This document shows, one piece after another, positions 16,491-20,000 of a DNA stretch of 20,000 bases. The notes beneath the pieces are model-generated. The model saw nothing but the letters and a program-made list of their open reading frames with translations. It was not told the DNA's origin and made no database searches. Location of the stretch: the IMG/VR virus record IMGVR_UViG_3300020200_000019; one strand, given 5' to 3'. The position numbers were made by a program, and so were the translations under genes. How positions within the stretch are numbered: position 1 is the first letter of the stretch; each line of letters starts with the position of its first letter. The DNA comes from an uncultured virus (IMG/VR IMGVR_UViG_3300020200_000019) (taxonomy: Duplodnaviria > Heunggongvirae > Uroviricota > Caudoviricetes).

Positions 16491-17177
16491 ATGGACGACA
16501 AGGCGATCTACGAAGCCTTGGTGACCCTGGTTCGGGAGCACATTCCCGGCTTCGAGGTCGCCTTCAAGGACGAGTCGTGGTCCCAGAGGCTCCTCGGAAA
16601 GCTCATGTTCTTCAACAAGAACTACATGACTTCCTTCACTACCACCCTCTACCCGAGGGTCTATCTTCCGTCGCGGAAGTGGTTGGAGGAGAGCTACGGG
16701 AGGACTTGGAAGGTACTGGCCCACGAGTTCGTCCATCTCTGGGATCGGAGGCGGGTCGGAGTAGGCTTCAACCTGGCCTACCTTTCCCCGCAGATCGGGG
16801 CTGTGCTGGCGCTGCTGGCCGTCTTCGCCTTTCTCTCCAAGGGGTTCCTGCTCGCGCTGCTCGCCCTCCTCTGCCTGGCTCCGATCCCCTCCTACGGGAG
16901 GATGTACTTCGAGCTTCGCGGCTACACGATGTCGATGGCGGTCAACCTCTGGCGCTACGGCTCCATCTCCGAGGACACCAAGGCGTATATCGCCAGCCAC
17001 TTCCTCGGCGGGAACTACTACTGGATGTGGCCCTTCCCGAAGGGCGTCCGAGGACGCATCGACCAGGCTGCCGCGAAGCTCGCTGCCGGAGACACCTCCG
17101 CGCTCGGTCCCTCCCCCGAGGTCTACGGGAAGGTCTACCAAATGCTGAAGAACGCGGGGGCAGACCTTGCCAGTTAG
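16491..17177 (+). CDS. Membrane-associated HExxH zinc metallopeptidase-like protein (DUF4157-like), 228 aa
   Basis: VLAHEFVH (HEFVH at 16722-16736) and a downstream FELRGY Glu (16911), separated by a hydrophobic stretch IGAVLALLAVFAFLSKGFLLALLALLCLAP. GGAGG at 16481-16485 favours ATG 16491 over 16473. Confidence 0.7.
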   Translation: MDDKAIYEALVTLVREHIPGFEVAFKDESWSQRLLGKLMFFNKNYMTSFTTTLYPRVYLPSRKWLEESYGRTWKVLAHEFVHLWDRRRVGVGFNLAYLSPQIGAVLALLAVFAFLSKGFLLALLALLCLAPIPSYGRMYFELRGYTMSMAVNLWRYGSISEDTKAYIASHFLGGNYYWMWPFPKGVRGRIDQAAAKLAAGDTSALGPSPEVYGKVYQMLKNAGADLAS

Positions 17178-18357
17178 CTCTCGGCAAGGCTGGTCCTACC
17201 CAGAGGAGTTGCAGGATCCCTGGTACGAAGCCTTCGTGTCGATGGTCGCGGCGATGGACGCCTCGGCCTATTCCGCCCGCGAAGATCGAAACACGATCCT
17301 CATGGGCGGCGGCACGGTCTCGCTCGCGGTCCAGGCGGGGAGGGGGACCCTGACCTGGACCCAAGCCATCGAGATCTTGGCGGCGGATACAGGCTTCAAG
17401 TGGGTCATCCCAGCGGGATCCGTCGTCCTCGACGATGGCCAGATGCTCTATGTGGCGCTGGTTCGCGCCCCCACCGCGAACCTCAACCTCGCGCTCGCCG
17501 TTACTTCGACGCTCCCTATCAACGTCGGGGTGAACGATTTCTTCGTTTTGGGCGTGTTCCGCACCGATCGGGTCTACTTCCGCAACGGGGACGTGTTGGA
17601 GGATGGCCAGAGCGTCAAGCTGTTCTCCTCGGGTGGGAGCGGGGAGGTTCCGGCGCTGGTCGGCGTCAAGTACGCGGTGCTCATGGAGAGCCCGGTCGGG
17701 ACGAAGGCGTGGCGACGGCCGACGGGGGACATGGTTCTTGCGGCGTTCGCTATCAACTCCTTTGCGCTCTCCCAGACGCCGCTTCAGACGGAGATCGGAA
17801 GCTCCGTTCAGGATCCTCAGTTCACCGCCGCTTACAACCGGAACCCCTCCGACGCGACCATCGACGACGGGGGCGGGCCGGTGAACCTCGCGGCTCCGTA
17901 CACGAGCTTCGGGATCAACGCTTCCTACTCGAAGAACACCATCAACGCCACCCAACTGTTCACCTTGTCGGCGAAGGACGCAGACAGCCTGTTCAAGACC
18001 ACTCAGGTGAGCATTGCGTGGCGGCCCAAGGTCTACTACGGGGTGGCGGCCCCGCCGCAGAATCACGACGCGAACTTCATCACCGGGACGCTCGGAGGCC
18101 AGAACAACACCCTGGCTTCCGCGCGTCAGCGCACACTCGCACTGAACGCGGCGAACGGGCAGAAGATCTACTACGCCTTCCCCCAAGCGTTCGGGGGCGC
18201 GGCGGGGAATTTCATCGACGACGCTTCGGGGCTGGCGGCAGGCTTCGTTCTCGTGGCGACGGTGGCGCTGACCAACAATTTCGGTATCACCCTCCCCTAC
18301 TCGATCTGGGCTTCCGAGCAGACCGGCCTCGGGGCGCAGTCGGTGACGGTGTTCTGA
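17167..18357 (+). CDS. Putative virion structural / fibre-like protein, 396 aa
   Basis: TTG start overlapping the previous stop, preceded by GGGGG. N-terminus WSYPEELQDPWYEAF..MVAAMD resembles fibre anchor helices. C-terminal half is beta/Ig-like (WRPKVYYGV...KIYYAFPQAFG). TGATG overlap with the next gene. Confidence 0.65.
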   Translation: MPVSSRQGWSYPEELQDPWYEAFVSMVAAMDASAYSAREDRNTILMGGGTVSLAVQAGRGTLTWTQAIEILAADTGFKWVIPAGSVVLDDGQMLYVALVRAPTANLNLALAVTSTLPINVGVNDFFVLGVFRTDRVYFRNGDVLEDGQSVKLFSSGGSGEVPALVGVKYAVLMESPVGTKAWRRPTGDMVLAAFAINSFALSQTPLQTEIGSSVQDPQFTAAYNRNPSDATIDDGGGPVNLAAPYTSFGINASYSKNTINATQLFTLSAKDADSLFKTTQVSIAWRPKVYYGVAAPPQNHDANFITGTLGGQNNTLASARQRTLALNAANGQKIYYAFPQAFGGAAGNFIDDASGLAAGFVLVATVALTNNFGITLPYSIWASEQTGLGAQSVTVF

Positions 18358-18950
18358 TGGCGATCCAGGTCCTCTCCCAGTTCACCCGCGTCGGTGAGAA
18401 GAACTACCCGCTCATCGAGGACACTGACCAGAAGGGCGGGTTCCAGGTCGTCGCTACCACGCAGCTTCGGGACGCCGTCCCATCCAGTCTCCGCAAGGAG
18501 GGGATGCACGTCTTCGTGGTCGCCGACACGACCGTCTACCGGCTGGAGGCCGATCTCCTCACCTGGACAGCAGGCGCGCTCGGCGGCGTGGGCGGTTCGT
18601 CGCAGGGTTCCTACGACTGTCCGAACACCGTGGCGGTCCTCGACGCGATGTACCTCTCGGGAGCAGGAACGGCCGATCGCGCCGATGCGGACGATCCGGT
18701 CAAGCAGCCCCTCATCGGCTTCGTGAAGTCCAAGCCCACCGACACGACCGCTGTGATCGTCTACGGCGGCGAGCTTGGCGGGTTTCAGAACCTCGTTCCC
18801 AAGGACACCTACTACCTGGGCCTCCAACCTGGCACGATCACCAACGATGTCTCTGGTTATCCACAAGGGTCCGTCGTGCAGAAGGTGGGATTCGCCAAGA
18901 GTTCTGCGGTGTTGGTTGTCATGGTTGACCGGGACTTCACGATCTTGTAG
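18357..18950 (+). CDS. Two-domain structural protein, 197 aa; C-terminal domain resembles capsid cement/decoration folds
   Basis: Start taken at the TGATG overlap at 18357 rather than 17400. N-domain KGGFQVV....RDAVPSSLRKEGMHVFV....YRL, then a Gly/Ser linker, then C-domain DAMYL...ADA.....IGFV......IVYGGEL....L.P...YYLG..PG. Confidence 0.6.
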   Translation: MAIQVLSQFTRVGEKNYPLIEDTDQKGGFQVVATTQLRDAVPSSLRKEGMHVFVVADTTVYRLEADLLTWTAGALGGVGGSSQGSYDCPNTVAVLDAMYLSGAGTADRADADDPVKQPLIGFVKSKPTDTTAVIVYGGELGGFQNLVPKDTYYLGLQPGTITNDVSGYPQGSVVQKVGFAKSSAVLVVMVDRDFTIL

Positions 18951-19008
18951 AACAAGGATCGCGGAAAGCTCTCGCACTGTTCAAGGTTCTCTCCCCATGG
19001 AGGATCTC

Positions 19009-19233
19009 ATGGCGCACTTCAAGTACCTGGGCGAGATCGCCCGTCCGGGCGTGGTCAAGAACTACGGCCCGACCAAGAAGATCAAGATCCCCAACAGCGT
19101 CGGGCAGGTGGTGGAGTACACGCCTATCGCCCCCGCCTCGGACTTCCAGGCGGGCGAGGACATCGGCTACGACATTAGCGACCCGCGCTCGCTGTCGTAC
19201 TTGCGCGCGGACAAGCGGTTCCAGGAGATCTGA
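19009..19233 (+). CDS. Hypothetical protein, 74 aa (MAHFKYLGE...RFQEI)
   Basis: GGAGG at 18999-19003, 5 nt before ATG 19009. Strongly G/C-ending codons. The longer ORF from 18775 overlaps the previous gene. Confidence 0.7.
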   Translation: MAHFKYLGEIARPGVVKNYGPTKKIKIPNSVGQVVEYTPIAPASDFQAGEDIGYDISDPRSLSYLRADKRFQEI

Positions 19234-19239
19234 TCTCCT
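19223..19239. other. Perfect inverted repeat AGGAGATC-T-GATCTCCT spanning the stop codon (hairpin or operator)
   Basis: 8-bp arms at 19223-19230 and 19232-19239, followed by the pyrimidine run CTTCCC. A second stem CGCCC-N7-GGGCG lies at 19256-19272. Confidence 0.5.
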
Positions 19240-19291
19240 CTTCCCAACACCAACTCGCCCCCGATGAGGGCGTGACCGAAGGAGAAGCACC

Positions 19292-20000
19292 ATGGCCGAC
19301 CTCAGAGCACTCGTCCTCACCTCGGCAGGCAAGCACCAGCGGCAGCAGAACGCCGACACCCTCGTCGTCGGAGCAGGCGTCAAGACCCTCTCCGGCAACC
19401 TCTCGATCACCTCGACCGGAGGAACCACCACCCTCGGCGACGCCACCGTCGCCGTCACCTCCGCCCTCACCGTCGGCACCACGCTCGCCGTGTCCTCGCT
19501 GTCCACCCTCGACTCGCTGTCCGTCTCCAACGCCTCCACGATGTCGGGCGTCATCAACGCCAACGGTGGCATCGAGCGGTCGTCGAGCGGCGCGCTCTCG
19601 ATCGGCACCGGGAGCAACGTGACCTCGATGTCGATTGGCACGGGCGCGAACATGGGCGCGATCACGATCGGCAAGAGCGGCCAGACCGTGACCTTCGCGG
19701 GCAACATCTCCGTCCAGGGCACCGAGACCGTGGTCGGCGTCACCACCTTCGATGAGGCGGTGACGTTCAAGAACACCGTCACCATCGGCGACGGCACGGG
19801 CACCGACACCATCGCCTTTAACGCCGATTCGGGCCGCCTCGGCACCGGGGCGCTCCCCAACGTGCTGTGGTCCAAGGAGATGGCGCACGCCTTCTACATC
19901 GACGCATCGACCACCGCGAACACGGCGGGCGGCGCGCTGACCGTGCGCGGCGGCGCGGGTTCGGCGACCGCCAACAGCAGCGCGGCGGGCGCGGGCGGCG
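19292..20000 (+). CDS. Beta-helical fibre/spike-like protein, runs off the window end (not in ORF track)
   Basis: RBS GAAGGAG at 19278-19284 and ATG 19292. Open to the window end: MADLRALVLTSAGKHQRQQNADTLVVGAGVKTLSGNLSITSTGG...ALSIGTGSNVTSMSIGTGANMGAITIGKSGQTVTFAGNISVQG...AGGALTVRGGAG. Thr/Ser/Gly-rich short strand repeats are typical of trimeric beta-helix fibres. Confidence 0.8.
   Translation, partial: MADLRALVLTSAGKHQRQQNADTLVVGAGVKTLSGNLSITSTGGTTTLGDATVAVTSALTVGTTLAVSSLSTLDSLSVSNASTMSGVINANGGIERSSSGALSIGTGSNVTSMSIGTGANMGAITIGKSGQTVTFAGNISVQGTETVVGVTTFDEAVTFKNTVTIGDGTGTDTIAFNADSGRLGTGALPNVLWSKEMAHAFYIDASTTANTAGGALTVRGGAGSATANSSAAGAGG

Noticed and set aside
17400..18356. 516-aa ORF start at 17400
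   Set aside because: Arg-rich off-frame shadow of the 396-aa gene. The TGATG overlap at 18355-18359 gives the credible start.
10497..19008. GATC recurring just upstream of several start codons (10497, 12984, 16021, 19003)
   Set aside because: Explainable as part of an extended SD (GGTGATC complement of the 16S 3' end). GATC is also very frequent throughout the coding sequence, so there is no case for methylation control.
1..20000. CRISPR arrays, tRNA/rRNA genes, IS elements, introns/inteins, DGR template-variable repeats, invertase cassettes
   Set aside because: By eye there are no regular repeat-spacer units, no intergenic gap above ~60 nt between called genes, no RT/transposase/recombinase ORF, and no long near-identical duplicated segment.

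Overview
A high-GC (about 65% by eye), gene-dense window with all credible genes on the + strand. It encodes the tail/baseplate module of a contractile-tail particle, most likely a large myovirus-type phage or prophage. An extracellular contractile injection system (eCIS) cannot be excluded because no head, terminase, sheath or tube genes fall inside the window. Gene order: tape measure protein (1572 aa), LysM/gpX-gp53-like adaptor, hub (gpD-like), central spike (gpV-like, HxH tip), unknown 149 aa, gp25/gpW, baseplate J/gp6-like wedge, gpI/gp7-like wedge, tail-collar protein, fibre with a CBM-like domain, several accessory structural genes, a membrane HExxH metallopeptidase, and the start of a beta-rich fibre gene. 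Points of most interest: both wedge proteins carry large insertions (a ~230-aa helical insert in J; four 'D(V/I)G(K/R)' repeat domains in and after the gpI-like core); a DUF4157-like zincin with a hydrophobic hairpin inside its catalytic motif sits among structural genes; the tape measure N-terminus looks frameshifted by 4 nt; two genes may have leaderless promoters; and codon usage shifts at about 19.0 kb. All family assignments come from motif recognition by eye and gene order, not from database searches.
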